Assembly: GCA_051362555.1 (NCBI GenBank)
Contig: CM120644.1
Coordinates: 6,456,954 to 6,520,953 of the forward strand
DNA length: 64,000 nt
Reading direction: 5' to 3'
Source of the DNA: Lingula anatina
Taxonomy: Eukaryota > Animalia > Brachiopoda
Positions 14,901 to 27,570 of this stretch are shown here, piece after piece (position 1 is the first letter of the stretch; each line of letters begins with the position of its first letter). The translations under genes and the position numbers were made by a program. The notes under the pieces are model-generated. The model was given only the letters and a program-made list of their open reading frames with translations. It was not told the DNA's origin and did not search any database.

Positions 14901-17900
14901 GGTTGCGTGGTGAGGTTGCCGGTTCACACAAAGCACATTTAATAGCACATAACTTACAGAACCAAGGGAATGAGCAGCTACCCTTGTCATCAAAATAGCC
15001 ACATTTGAACCACATAGACAATATGTGGGTAGGCCATTACTCACCGAATCAACTGCCTACATACCCTACAACAAAACTGAACCAAATTGGACAATTTTTG
15101 ACCGATGCCTGGAATATTATTCCAGACTGAACTCTAAAAATCTACCCCAAGAAATGCCTTGCCGCTTGAGAGCGCTGGTAACGGCCAGAAGAGGCCAGGT
15201 GTAACAGCGACCATTACTGGGACTAGAAACTGACATTTTTTTTTTTTTTTTTTTTTTTGTGGAGCGTGTTACACTCTTACAGACGATACTTTGGAAAATA
15301 TGGAGAACCAAAATATCTCTTTTAATGGATGTCGTATGACATAGAATAGGCAATGTATTTCTGTTTGCTTCACTGTCGATTCCAATCAATGAACTGATGT
15401 CACCATGACACCAAAGAGATCATTTAAAGTTATTAAAACACTATTTTAAGCCTTATTTTCATTTATCAGTCAACAAAAAAGGGAAAAAAAACTGATGAAA
15501 AAATACTCGGAAAAAATATTCCATATTAAATGTCAAGTCTGTAGATAGAAAGATAGATAGATATAGAATGAATAATAACTTTTAAAAAATATGTATACGT
15601 CATTCTATGCCAAGTCGATGTCATATAAATACACTACATTTCAGCGCAATGTGAAACACTGACAGTTTTCAACATAAGGGAATATGTGCTGCGACACAGC
15701 ATTCACGTCAAAGATGAAAACGTTTACATGGTAATGATCTTTCTTACTTTCTTTCTCTCTCTGTCGCAGAAGGGAAAATACGCCCCAAAATCCCCTTTCG
15801 AATTTTATATTTCGTATATAAGACCATTTATTAGTCTTTGGGTAATTGGAAAACGTGGCCGTTGCATTGTGTTAAATTTTTTCATTTAAATAATTCAATC
15901 AAAATACAGTGGAAATGGAAATTTACAAAATGGTGTCTTTTTTACATTATTTTTTTTTTATGTTGCTTTGCATTTTTTTCCATCAATTTCGTGTGTTCCT
16001 TACATATTTACAGTACTAATTTCGAATAAAAACACTTTTTAATGAAGACCTCTTCTGTTTGGCACATTTCAGAGTGGAACGCACTTAAAACGAAGCTCGA
16101 ACACAGCCCTGGCAGTCTACTGGACAGGAAATCTGCATGAAACAGGAGCAAACTGCGCCAGATGGTACTTCAAGTTCAATGGCGTAGAGTGCTCCGATCC
16201 CGGAACGATAGATGGCGCTCTGTACATGGCAAATGACGCAGTCTCCAAGACCAGCAGGACTTTTGAGTGTAAGTAGAATTGACTGAGGCAAAGTTGATTG
16301 AGATTTTATCATTTAAAATGAATGCTTGTATCAATTTAAGGAAATAATGACCAGTGTAAGAGACAGCTAGAAATATATATTTTCGGTGTAACCGCGCCAA
16401 TTTACATTTGATAAAATTTCCAGTTTCCGGTATATGCAAAGGAATCCCCGCAGGAGCAGTAAACATATCTTTCCACTGTGGAAAGTGCCCTTGGAACATC
16501 ACCTCTAGCGGTGACCCGTCAACTGGCTGGATGACAGTGTCCAGAATAAGAGTGGAGGAAACCAGGCTGGCTTTAGATATAAGTGCACGTGAGTAACACA
16601 TCTTCAAAATTACGTTAGCCCCCTGAAAGGCGAAGGATTACTGCACGTGCCCTCTGCGACTTTCTGTTGACATGTTTATGTGATTTTGATCGCTTCATCA
16701 AGGTTCGGTAGCACTACATGTACCTTCCTATAATATTACTTATTCTGACAAATAGCACATCTTGAGGTACAGTTTTCTTATGAAAATTTAAAATCGTTAT
16801 TTCTTAGTCTCAGGCCCTGCAGGAAACACAGCGACAAGAATCCCAATCTTCAACCGACAATATTGGTGGTGGCCAGCCCAAAACATCAGTTTGAACACTG
16901 GAACACTTTACGTAGGTCCCTTTTTATGTTACTGATAGATTGATACGTCAGTAATATAATGAAGCACACAGTTGGCATACAAAAAGCAAGGATGCACATA
17001 AAGCCTTTTTTGTGGGGTGGGGGGGGGGGGGGGGCATGTTATGTTTCTAGTGCACATGTTAGCTGTTTGATACCTTCCCCCTCTAAAATAATACACAAAA
17101 TGATACACAAAATGAAACTTAAAGCGTCGCTTGCAATCTTATTGGTGTCTACGTCATCAAAACATCTGATATTTGTAAGAAGTTCTGCGTTGATTATTTC
17201 TGAAAAGTGAAATGACTGCGGGCGGCCATTGTGGGTTTCTCAAGTGGCATCTACCGGTAGCTGATTCTTTTAAAACACTAAAAGTGTGAATGCACAATTG
17301 CATAATTGTTCAGAAAGTGTGGCATGGGCCAAGTTTATGTATGCTGGGATCTAACTTTCTATTGAAACTGGGGGGTCATTTTGGATATTTCATATCTTCT
17401 TTAATGGTATTCTTTGGGACTTTTAGTATTTTGATTAGGAGATTCCAAGAAAACGGGTGGTAAAATAATTGGTTATGTTGCAATTTTGTACAATCGAAAT
17501 GTCATATTGTGTTGTATTACATGTATATTGCCTGGGCTACACAGTACATAAGAAATATTTGATATTTTCAAACTGTGACATATAGTAAGAAGTCTGGGGT
17601 CAGTGGGATAAAGGTACTTTGGTCAGGAAATGCCCAAGAATTATTTGCCCCCATGAGTTGTTCACGGTGGTACTTCACCTTCAACGATAAAGAATGTAGC
17701 AACCCACAGACAATTGAGAGTTGGAAGCTTAATAGGTACTATGAAGCCAGCGAACTCGTCTATTTTAACGACCCATTTACAGGTAGGCTATGATTTTTAA
17801 ACTTCTCGCTCCATATACTGTAGAGTTTTTACACAATTTTACGGTATCAACTTACACTCTTTGTGCTTTATACTCCTGCTCCCTCTACTTTTGGTCAGAT

Positions 17901-18242
17901 GTTGGTTTTGTTATGGATCAATTTTATAACCAACATACGCAACTTTTTCACATTTATTGATATTGGCACATATTTGTTGACTCAGAAAAAACATCATACA
18001 CACACACACACACACACACACAAAAGAGAAAAAAACTACATGTAAATCTTTATTTAATGCATTGTACATATACTCTCGTTACGGACTTTGCAGTTCAAGG
18101 CACTTGTCAGGGCGTCTCAGCCGGTGACGTCATCGTAGCGTTAAAGGTCGGTCTTTGTTCCACTGACAGAGGAGAACAGGAGACCTTGACCTCCTGGGGG
18201 ACGAAGACCTCGCTTATGATTGAAGAAACATTCCACGGATAA
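2930..18242 (+). CDS. Secreted PAN/Apple + FOLN-like + 3x CTHRC1-C-terminal-like protein, copy 1 (exon 10 acceptor mutated; possible pseudogene)
   Basis: Exons 2930-3277, 4954-5050, 6149-6240, 11393-11591, 12165-12308, 15645-15730, 16073-16268, 16424-16588, 16814-16911, 17572-17782, 18094-18242; phases are consistent, 594 aa. PAN: ECTRKCEETGRCAAVVFKKHDHTC. FOLN-like: CSTVQCSAGSRCRVDCDTGEPIC. CTHRC1-like: CARWYFKFNGVECSDPGTIDG, GICKGIPAG...DPSTGWMTVSRIRVEE. Acceptor at 17570-17571 is AA rather than AG. Confidence 0.8.
5820..6041. mobile_element. PIF/Harbinger-type MITE; relatives at ~20402-20630, ~25770-25857, ~31676-31866
   Basis: TIR CCCCCTTTACACT...AGTGTAAAGGGGG with TAA/TTA flanks. Internal sequence is shared among the copies (25770 copy internally deleted). 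Confidence 0.65.
6576..7099. mobile_element. ~520-bp insertion with imperfect TIRs
   Basis: Absent at the paralogous site (gaatacttaga, ~26390). Ends ctattatagtgagtaatgac / gtcattaactttacaacaatag are imperfect inverted repeats. Confidence 0.55.
7198..10779 (-). mobile_element. hAT-like DNA transposon with degenerate transposase
   Basis: Termini TAGGGGGGGTCC...GGACCCCCCCCCCA; 8-bp direct repeat GGAATAGG (7190-7197 and 10780-10787). Absent in copy 2. Confidence 0.8.
7546..10278 (-). pseudogene. Frameshifted DDE transposase of the hAT-like element
   Basis: Consecutive minus-strand ORFs 10013-10249, 9580-10149, 8933-9601, 8097-8981, 7546-7857. Motifs KLPTYKEVV, LFDVF, HETDSTT (D1), MTDSTAHNK (D2), FCDTH (CxxH), PVHNLQMER (E). 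Several frameshifts and stops. Confidence 0.8.
12371..15541. mobile_element. 3.17-kb non-autonomous DNA transposon, 26-bp TIR, TA TSD
   Basis: CAGACTTGACATTTAATATGGAATAT (12371) and its exact reverse complement (15516-15541), TA on both sides. Empty site ggttaTAgatag in copy 2 (~28085). No transposase ORF seen. Confidence 0.85.
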
Positions 18243-18682
18243 TAAAACGAACTTTCTGACTTTTTAATACGACCGGTTTGACGGAATGGAGGGTGTGTGG
18301 CGTGAACTGTTGATGTAAACATCACCCGATTTTTTATTTTAAGAATACCTGTAAAAATGTCAACGACTGATATACAACTTCGGGATTTTCAAATTTATCA
18401 TGAGCGAACACTGATAAAAAACGGCATAAAATAATTAAGAACTATACTAACGTGTGTCTGTGTGTCTATCTGTCTGTGTTTTTGTGTGTGTGTGTGTGTG
18501 TGTCTTGTCGTTTCTTATGTTTTGGGGTGCTTAACAAATTGGTTCTGTTTTTGGCACAACTATAGATGTTATATAAAACAGTTAGAATGTCTGGCAATCT
18601 TATTAAATTAGGATAGTTGTCTTCTGGAATTTGATAAAGTTATTGGAAGTTCTTTCCGTATTTGAGTTACTAAGATAACTTA

Positions 18683-20214
18683 CACACATTTGACAATAGA
18701 AGTGTCAACCCTACAGAACCAATACTTTGGGGGAGATAAATGACTGTGGAATGATATTCTTCTTGTATCATTTTTTAACATCAAATTTCACACAAAAAGA
18801 AACAAGAAATGAAAACAAATTATACATTCTACCAAGATATGCAGTTTCAAGTAAAAAATTAGTACTTAGTGGCATAGCCACGTGGCCCAATAATAGGTGC
18901 CAGTCTGCGAGGCAAGGATTCATATAATTGCCTGATGAGTTCAGGGCTTATGCTGGCCCAAGCATGAATAATTGAATCTAACAGAGTTTGTCTGCTGATT
19001 GGACGGGCATTTGTCAAAAGTTTTGACATATAATTCCACCCATTTTCTATTATGTTTGCATCCAGACTCTGGGCAGGCCACATCACCCTGCGAATGTCCT
19101 GTTGGTCAAACGAATCATCAACTGCTCTGGGTCTGTAACAAGGAGCACTGTCATCCTGGTGAACAAATGGATAATTCCTGTCGCCAAACATGTTAGTAAC
19201 AGATGGGAGCAAGCCTGACTCTAAAACTTCGATATATTTCTGATGATTCATGTTTCCATCAACCACTACAAATTCACCACGCCATGGGTGCTGATGCAGC
19301 TCCACAATATGATGGATATGCTGCTCCGGGTTCGAAAATTCATTGCATGTGGTGCAAATGATTTACCAGCAGATCGCCAGCATCGGACCCATCTGTCATC
19401 AGAGGTCAGACCAAAGCGACACTCATCAGCGAAACTATAAACTAGTAGGACCAATTATCATAGCCTTTCCGGTTCCAGATCCTGTTGGCCTTAGTTCACT
19501 CTACGTTGCCTGTTTTGTAACGATATAAGAGGTTTCAGGCTTGCTTCCCTGCTGTACACCCTCTGAGCATGTAACCGACGCCTAGCAGTTTTCACAGACA
19601 GATGCTTATGTGTGAAATTGTTCCACTGTGTTGTCAACTGACAAGCAATGTCGACTTTTAAAAACCTGGATATCGAAATCAGTCGCCGGTCTTCACGGTT
19701 AGTAGCTTTTCATGGACGACCCATCAGAGGCAATTTGTTTCTTGATGCAGTGTTTCTATACTGAGACCTGGGCTCCGTATCTCGAAAGGTTCGCTATGTT
19801 GCACAAGTGCGCAAGCGTCTCGATTCCATAACCGATCTTTCGAGATACGGGGCCATGGAATCGAGGCGCTAAGGCACGTGCGCAACAAAGCGAACCTTAC
19901 GAGATACGGAGCCCAGACCCTCTTCACGGTTCTGACTGAACAATTCAACTGTATCGATATTTTGACATTGCTTATTTTCCGCCTCTTAACTTGACGTCTG
20001 TAATCATTAGATAATTGCCTGTATCTTGCCAAATAGGAAGAAGACAGGAATAACATTTGCTGTGCACGTACAAGACCAACAATACAATGCCATGGTACAG
20101 CGGTTTTATACTTATTAGTCACATTATAAGCAGACCAGGTATTATAACCACCCAAGATCTGCCTACTTTGATTACTCTGATTTAGGGGTTGACACTTCTA
20201 TTATCCAGTGTGTG
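18683..20214 (-). mobile_element. Tc1/mariner transposon, degenerate
   Basis: TIR CACAC...AATAGAAGTGTCAACCC at both ends, TA flanks. Minus-strand fragments: SVRTVKRVW...GRP (HTH), FADECRF, HQDDSAPC, WPAQSLDANIIENGW, SLPRRLAPIIGPRGYATKY. Absent from copy 2. Confidence 0.9.
19771..19913. mobile_element. Palindromic MITE inserted in the Tc1 transposase
   Basis: Long imperfect inverted arms GGCTCCGTATCTCG...CGAGATACGGAGCC with CTG/CAG flanks. Removing it restores KRVWSQY in the transposase frame. Confidence 0.75.
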
Positions 20215-20447
20215 TACTTGTAGAAGGAAAGACAACAAATATTTAAAATCTGCTTTTTGACCTACATGTATGTGAATAAAAATAAAATTTGGTCGGTCAG
20301 GTTTTTGAGAGATCCAGATATCGAATAATGTTTGTATTCAAATGTTGTTCACTAATGCTAGATTAGTTGTTTGGGACTCTTCGTATATTCGTAGCTGTTT
20401 AAGCCTCCTTCACAATGGCCGGCGTAGTGTGGCCTTGTTTGAGATTT

Positions 20448-20496
<49 letters not shown>

Positions 20497-21751
20497 TTTA
20501 CGTGCCGAAAACTGGTCGTCATTAAGCATTCACTTTGCCACTAAAGCGATGCGTGTGCCTCCTTTTTACGACCACAGCGATGCCAGTTGCAAAAGATGCA
20601 GAAAGGACGCCGTCCAGTGAAAAGGGTGTTTCACTCGTATGTGTGCAATGCTGGTAGGCCTACATGTAATTTACAGCCACGAGTGAATGAGTGAGCATTG
20701 TTTTGTAGAATTACTGAGTTAATTGACATGGCCTCGTCGTATTTAAGCGGTGAATGCAAGATGAAAGGGAGGAGAACGATGTAAGAGGTCGAATTAAGAT
20801 GAAGAAAATGTAGATAAGGTAGAAAGTAAGTGACAATAAAGAACATGAAAGTTGTTTAGTTCTTACCTCGCGTAAACAGTATGATAAAGTCAATACCTTC
20901 GTCACGTGCGTGCTATACAACACTTGCACAGGGGCACAAGGCTATTTAGCTTTTTTTAAAAATGTACAATATATATTATGCGATTGTTTATAAACCTTAG
21001 TCGAACTCTCTTCGCTTTACGTCCTGAGTGGATTCGTTAATTACTCCAATCACTAGCAGTGTATACTTTAAGACTTGCAATTTCAATATTACCGGCACAA
21101 ACAACCCTATCTCTTGTCCAAAACATTATCTCTGAAATCTATAAAAACAGTTTCATTCATCCAGTAAAATTGTAAAATGCAATGTATGTCTGCAGCACGC
21201 TGCTTGCTGTCGCCCTCCAGTCGTACGGGACGGTGTTTAACTGCTGTAGTTGAGATCACCGTTTCCCGGGCATTTGACGCAATTTAGAACTTAAAACGAA
21301 AAAATTCATATGCTAAGATATTTGGACAGGAATGATATTGCAGTCTATTATTTCGGTAGCGTGGTCCACCTCATTCATTGGATTACCATTTTTGTTTTTG
21401 AGTTGCCTGTCTCTAAATGATTTCAGAAAGATTGGGACCCTCTCTAAATTTACATAACACTATATGGCAAGAAAATTGGCAAGAAAATAAACCATCCTTT
21501 TTATATGAATATATCACATGGCACCACACCATTTATCTCACCGTCAATACGAAAAAGGTTTGTTGGTAGCTTTGTCTCCTGGTGTTTGATTTAAAAATAT
21601 ATCAATCAAATATAAATAACTTAAACTATTGTTGTGGGATAACTCCATGAAACCTGATAAATGTTCGCAGTATCAGTCAAGTGTGAAGCAAATGTAATCA
21701 CTCATGTGACACACAAGAAACCATGCACGCCTTGATCACACTGTTACCTAA

Positions 21752-22128
21752 GACCCCTATTTCACACAGACCACGAATCCCACGAATCGCCAGGAATTGA
21801 CATATTTCAGGATTCGTGAGGATTCGTGAGATTTTGCCAATTTTCTGGTCTAATTCGACACGCTCTACGATTCAGTTACGATACAGGTGCGATAGTGTTA
21901 CGAATATTCGTGGGATTCGGCTGGAATCGCACGAATATTGTCCAGAAATTCACTACGATTTTTGGGAATCGGGAGTTCGTGGCCAAAAGTTTGAACAGCT
22001 CAAAATTTTGGCCGCAAATTCCCGATTGATGAAGAATTGCAAGAACTGATTACGATTTAACCACGAATCCTGAAATTTGTCAATTCCTGGCGATTCGTGG
22101 AATTTGTGGTCTGTGTGAAATAGGGGCA
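21752..22128. mobile_element. PIF/Harbinger MITE
   Basis: ~65-bp TIR (CCCCTATTTCACACAGACCAC...CAGGATTCGTG); TAA TSD at 21749-21751 and 22129-22131. Confidence 0.85.
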
Positions 22129-23533
22129 TAACTCATAGACGAGAGGGATCTGCATTGGGGTTTCCTTGCTATGAATCTACAATTATTTGAGTGTGTGGGT
22201 TTGTTTTAATAAAATGTTTTTATGGAAATTGTTGTTTTACTTTTTATTTTGTAAGGTATATTGAGTTAATAGATCAAATAGTTAATAGATCAAATAGAGT
22301 TTAAACTACCCCGGCAAAGTCACTAATTGCAGTGAAACAGTCAGATATTATCGCATTTTTTTTTTTTTTTTTGGTTTTGCTTTTCTTATTTGGTAATGGT
22401 GGGGTTTTAGTCGATAAGACATGCATTGGTTCCTAATACACGTACTGGCCTTCCTTGGGACTTTAAGAATATGCTGGCATTAAAGTGTCCTTTCCGGATA
22501 TTTCATGACGTCATCCGTACATCTGGTTTATTTTGCCTTTGTTTTATTCCTTTGGTTCCGTTTTATATCCGCATGCTTTCTTAAAATTCGAGAAACACTT
22601 CTTTAAGAGCAAGGACATTGTTACTGGAAAGCAACACGTGTATACATGTACATGTATGTCAGAAATCGGCACCGTGTGTAGAAGAAGTGATAAAGTGCCA
22701 TGTTAACACTAAGAAAGCATGACACGGCACTGCATTCGTGTTAAATATTAATGTTGGCTCGGCACTAAGTAAAGTATAGGCCTTTCTTAATCCATGATTT
22801 TTCCACCAAGTGTCAACGCAAATTAAAATCAATATTTAACGAAGGCGCCAGTTATCCCCAGGTATTGTCTACTCTACTGAGTCCGAGATTCTGTTTTTCT
22901 TCATGTGCGTGTGGGTTGGTGAGTGTGTGTGTTTAAGAACAACTGCTACCAAAAATCAATGCTCCCGCTTTCAAAGAGAATGTTTTTTCTAGTGTTTCGA
23001 GAACGCATTGCTAGGAATAGGAAACAAAGTGAAAAACGATATAAAGATGAGTGAAAATAAATACATTATCTGTTGCCCGCCCTTACTTCGCAGGTTACAT
23101 AAAAATTTAATGTCTCAAGACGACTGTGTGTGCTCAAATGACTCTGTTCAAGCTGATTAAATAATGAATTGTGGTAGAAAAATCAGGTGTTGTACAAAGA
23201 TTTTAGTAGGTATACCGAAAGACGTGAAATATTTATTAACGACACTTTAAAAAAACAATGCAAATTTTTTTCTTTAATTCAAGTTCCAACAAAATAAATA
23301 TTGTATTATTTCCTGACATTTCTGAAATTATTTGCAAGCTCGAAGCAAGGATGGGGCAAGTGAAAGAAAACCTTGACATCGCGGCTCATTTTTTGTTCTC
23401 AGTTTCAATCCTTTTCTTTAGGAAATGCACGACCGAAAGTCAATACAATGAATTCGTATCTGGTGTCAGGCTCTTGTACAAATGAGGCACTCGACAGACC
23501 TGTGTAGTAACTGAAATCTATGACAAATCCGTG

Positions 23534-26500
23534 ATGTGGGTTTTCCATGCATTCCTATGGTCCACCGCGTTAGAATTTTGTTTGAAATATGGTACCGCGG
23601 CAGCTACTGTTAATTTATGTGGCGGCCTCTCTCGTGAGATCAAATGCGCCCATTTTCGGCAAGTTTTCACTAACTATACCGCAACCTTCATACTGGATAC
23701 TGTTGAAGCAAACACCAAGTTGGAATGTACCGGGAAATGTGAAGAAACGCACGGGTGCGCCGCAGTTGTATTCAAGAAGCATGATCACACCTGCGATATG
23801 CTACCTGAACCACAAAACGTCTCGCAGTTTTCTTCTAATTCCCCGACTGGGATATGGATGGCCAATGTCAGAGACATCTCCGTAAGTTTTTCCCCTTTTT
23901 ATGTTATCCAATAGGTATATAAATCAGACGCTCATCAGAGGATCCGGCGGGTAGGTACCGTCCTGTTGCCCTTGACTTCGAGTATAACTGTTCTCCCTCG
24001 TACGAACACACTAAACATATAAACTATACAGATGATTTGAAAAAGTGATGGGTACGAGAAAACAAAAACATATAAAACTTCATAATTGTTGATGAAAATT
24101 GAACACAATTTTTCAAGACTTTTATACAATTAATTTCTTCTTCATATGTCGTACACCGCTGCAAATGCACAATGTTTCAAGACACATACAATTGGTTTAT
24201 GGTTCATATGCACCGCTGCAAATGCAAATAATATTGCCATTTATCCGTTGTTCATAACCTTTCGACTGTTGAGCGTAATATTTTTTTTTCTTATTTTCAT
24301 TTAGACACCTACCTTTTGTCCCTTTACTCTCTGGCTAAATGCTTCTTTCAATGTTTTCTGCCAAAAAATCACTCGAACAAAATATTAGCCAGCATGATCC
24401 ACGAGTTATGTAATTTATAGAGGATAGAACAGATTATATTAAGGACAACCGGTGAAAGTGCAACAAGTGCATATGGCCTGGTAAACTACCATTACCATAA
24501 TTTATTATGTTAAGCAGTCAAACGATCGTAATTTTGTCGCAATTTTACCTTTTTATTATTTTTCTTTTGCTAATATATCCTCTAGGAATGATTTTTTAGT
24601 TTTATCAAATAACAGAAAAACGTTATTTTATGTCTTCCCATTTTTTCACTTTCCAATACTTGAATTAATCATATTCTCGGTAGCGTCCGTCGATCATCTT
24701 ACGAAAGTCGAATTGCAACAATTTTCATTCGGATGTGATTGCAAATTTGGAAGGATTTCCATAAAATATTAGATAGGCCTACATGTATGTACATTATAAA
24801 GTATTTTATAGTACAAAGTAACACGAAGAATTCATCTACAAGCTGTTGTTGGCTCATAATTACCCTCCTCATTTCAGACGAGGGATGGGTTTGAAGAAGT
24901 GTGTTCTACTGTGCAGTGCAGTGTGGGCTCTCGATGTCGTGTTGATTGTGACACAGGAGAACCGATCTGCGTAGGTTTGTACAACATCTTAAGGCACACT
25001 TCAACGACCGGAAACACATTTAACAGAGTGTCTGTAGTCCCAAAAGTAGTATAGACATTCAGACAAAAAACTAACAGTTTCAGTCTATAGTATGACTCAA
25101 GATTTATTCACGGAGGTTCTATTAATGAGATATTATTTTTATTTTTATTTTTAATTTTTATAAAGAGATTGCTGAGGTTTCAGGAGAACACGTACTTCAT
25201 TCAAGTGAAGTATTTTGTACTTCCTTTTAAACATAGATTAAATTTTGGTCTTACCAACCAATTACCAGACCAGAGGTGATTCTTGTACCACTCTTGGCAT
25301 ATTCCCAGAATAATTTAAGATAAACTATTCAAGCATAGGTTATCGCTTGGTTTATTCGATAAGGCTCTCTGATATCATTGAGCTTTTGTAATGGGTCGTA
25401 TACATGTATAGGTGTATAGGAATATTAATGTTAAAGAACATGAAGTTAAAAAGTCATACTCTTAGTTCTTACTTTTACCCAGTAGATGTAATTTCTTATA
25501 AAATTTTATCCAGTAAAATGAAAGGGGGCATTGCAATAGAATTGCATGTCCTCTTAAGAACCCAAAGGGGGAAATTATTAATTATAATTAGAATTGATGC
25601 ATAGGACATCCAAAAGAAAGTTTAATTAGAGGTTGGTACATAAGAAAAAAAAGATTACATAGAATACACACAAAATTAAGTAACACTTAGTGTAATATTC
25701 TATAACCCTGTAGATTAAATATACGGAAAGACTACGTGTAATGTCTGCAACACAGGACTGACTGCTTAATCCCCCTTTACACTGGACGGCGTCATTTCTG
25801 CATCCCGTAGTATGACGCATGAAGGCCGCTGTCCAGTGTACCAGTGTAAAGGGGGGTTAACTGCTGTCCTATTGCGGACAAATTAATCAGAAATTAAAAT
25901 TCATTTACAACTGAACTGACGAGAGTCACTATGCCATGCTGAAGTTAACATGTTTTATGTTGTAGGGAGTTCAGCGTATTGTGATGAAATGCCAGTTTCC
26001 AATATCGCCTACATTCCGTGGGCTGGTGGTTTGATTGGTGTGGAGAAAAGCGGGCCAGTAAGTAAACGTATGCACACTTTTACCACAAAGGGGAGACCAC
26101 ATTTTTGTCAACCAAGGAAAGTAAATGAGGTTCGTGGGGAAGGTAAAATTAATATTTACCATGTATTTACCTTCAATTAAAAATGTAAACATCTGATAAA
26201 TAAATTGGAAAAATGTAAATGTTGCAGACACTGTACATTTTTACATCATAAATTATTAAAGGCCCCGTCACACGTATTCGGAATCAGCAGGAATCAATCA
26301 GAACAAGCCGGAATGAATAATTTTCAAAATGCGTACTACATTCGGGAAGAAATTTCAAATTGATCTAAAGTCTTGTAAGAATGCCTTTGGAATACTTAGA
26401 ATGCGCTTGAATCCGCTTGAAATGATTCGTGCAAATTTCGACTGTATTTACTCTTAAATACAGCTCGAATGTAGTTGGAAAACAGGGAATATCGATAATG

Positions 26501-27539
26501 CTGTCAGAATGCAGTCAGAATATTTAGAATATTTAGAATACACTGCGAATGCCGTACGAGTGTAGTTCGATTGCTGGCTGAAATAGGATTTCGGCAGCCA
26601 TCGAGATGCATTTGAGTTGCATATCGGCTCTTTCTACCTGTTTTGCCATTTCGGTTCTCACTCGAACGCGATCAGAATGTTTCGAATGTTGTCGGAATGC
26701 CCTTATAATATTTAGAATGCATAGTGCAGTTAGAATACTATGCAAATGGCATTCGATAATTTTTCTCTTGGAATGCACATCAAAAGTTTTTAAGATGAGC
26801 AAAACATTCGGCCGGCCATACGAATAGGTAAAAATATTTGGAATGCACTCGAGATTTTTAGAATGCTCTTCGAATATCCATAAACGCACCAAGAATTGTC
26901 TTTTCGGCGGCATTCTTGCTCGTTCCGCCTCTAGTATGACAGGAGTATAACATTAGAAAATTCCTTTTTTTAGCACCAAAACTGAAAAGCAGGCTTTCTA
27001 GAATAATTCTATTCTATACATAAAACGCAATTCAAATGCTTCACAAAAATACATTATAATGATTGTAAAATATTGATAATAATAATAATGATAGTTTTAC
27101 CCACTGAAAATATGGAGTCATTATCTTTATTGCAGTCTTTCACTTACAACAAACTGCAGCACAGCACCGGAATGAGAATCGAATATGGCGGAATAATACG
27201 AGCCGCAATTAGATGCAAAAGATGTGGGACTCTGTTCTACTTTTATATTAACGGAGCTCATTGTGCGAGCCCTGGACCCATCATGTTTTTCGAATATCAC
27301 GATACAAGTCGACACAGATTGGAACATGGCTCGCGTAAGTGTAGAACGTAATAGTTGTAGTTTATGTTGGCAACATAAACAGCAAATCGTAATGTACAAT
27401 AAAAATGCACATGAACGTACACATCATTTCCCAACCTATCTCTTCAGATTCCAATACGCTTATTATATATTTAAAAGTTTTTGTTTTACTAGTTACACAG
27501 CGTTTCCATAGAAAATTGACAGGGCCATCTATACCCCCC

Positions 27540-27570
<31 letters not shown>

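Larger units (their letters stand above)
1380..21425 (+). repeat. Segmental tandem duplication, copy 1
   Basis: Collinear similarity to ~22370-32778 through upstream region, exons, introns and downstream flank (e.g. ttttgcttttcttatt...ttttagtcgataa at ~1393 and ~22375; gtctctaaatgatttca at ~21409 and ~32761). Longer than copy 2 because of insertions. Ends approximate. Confidence 0.9.

Noticed and set aside
14629-15021. 130-aa Cys-rich ORF as a zinc-finger gene
   Set aside because: No recognisable spacing, non-ATG start, inside a transposon.
26533-26913. ORFs 26533-26913 and 26606-26827 as genes
   Set aside because: They lie within a MITE and reflect its gaat/attc repeats; same for 21816-22049.
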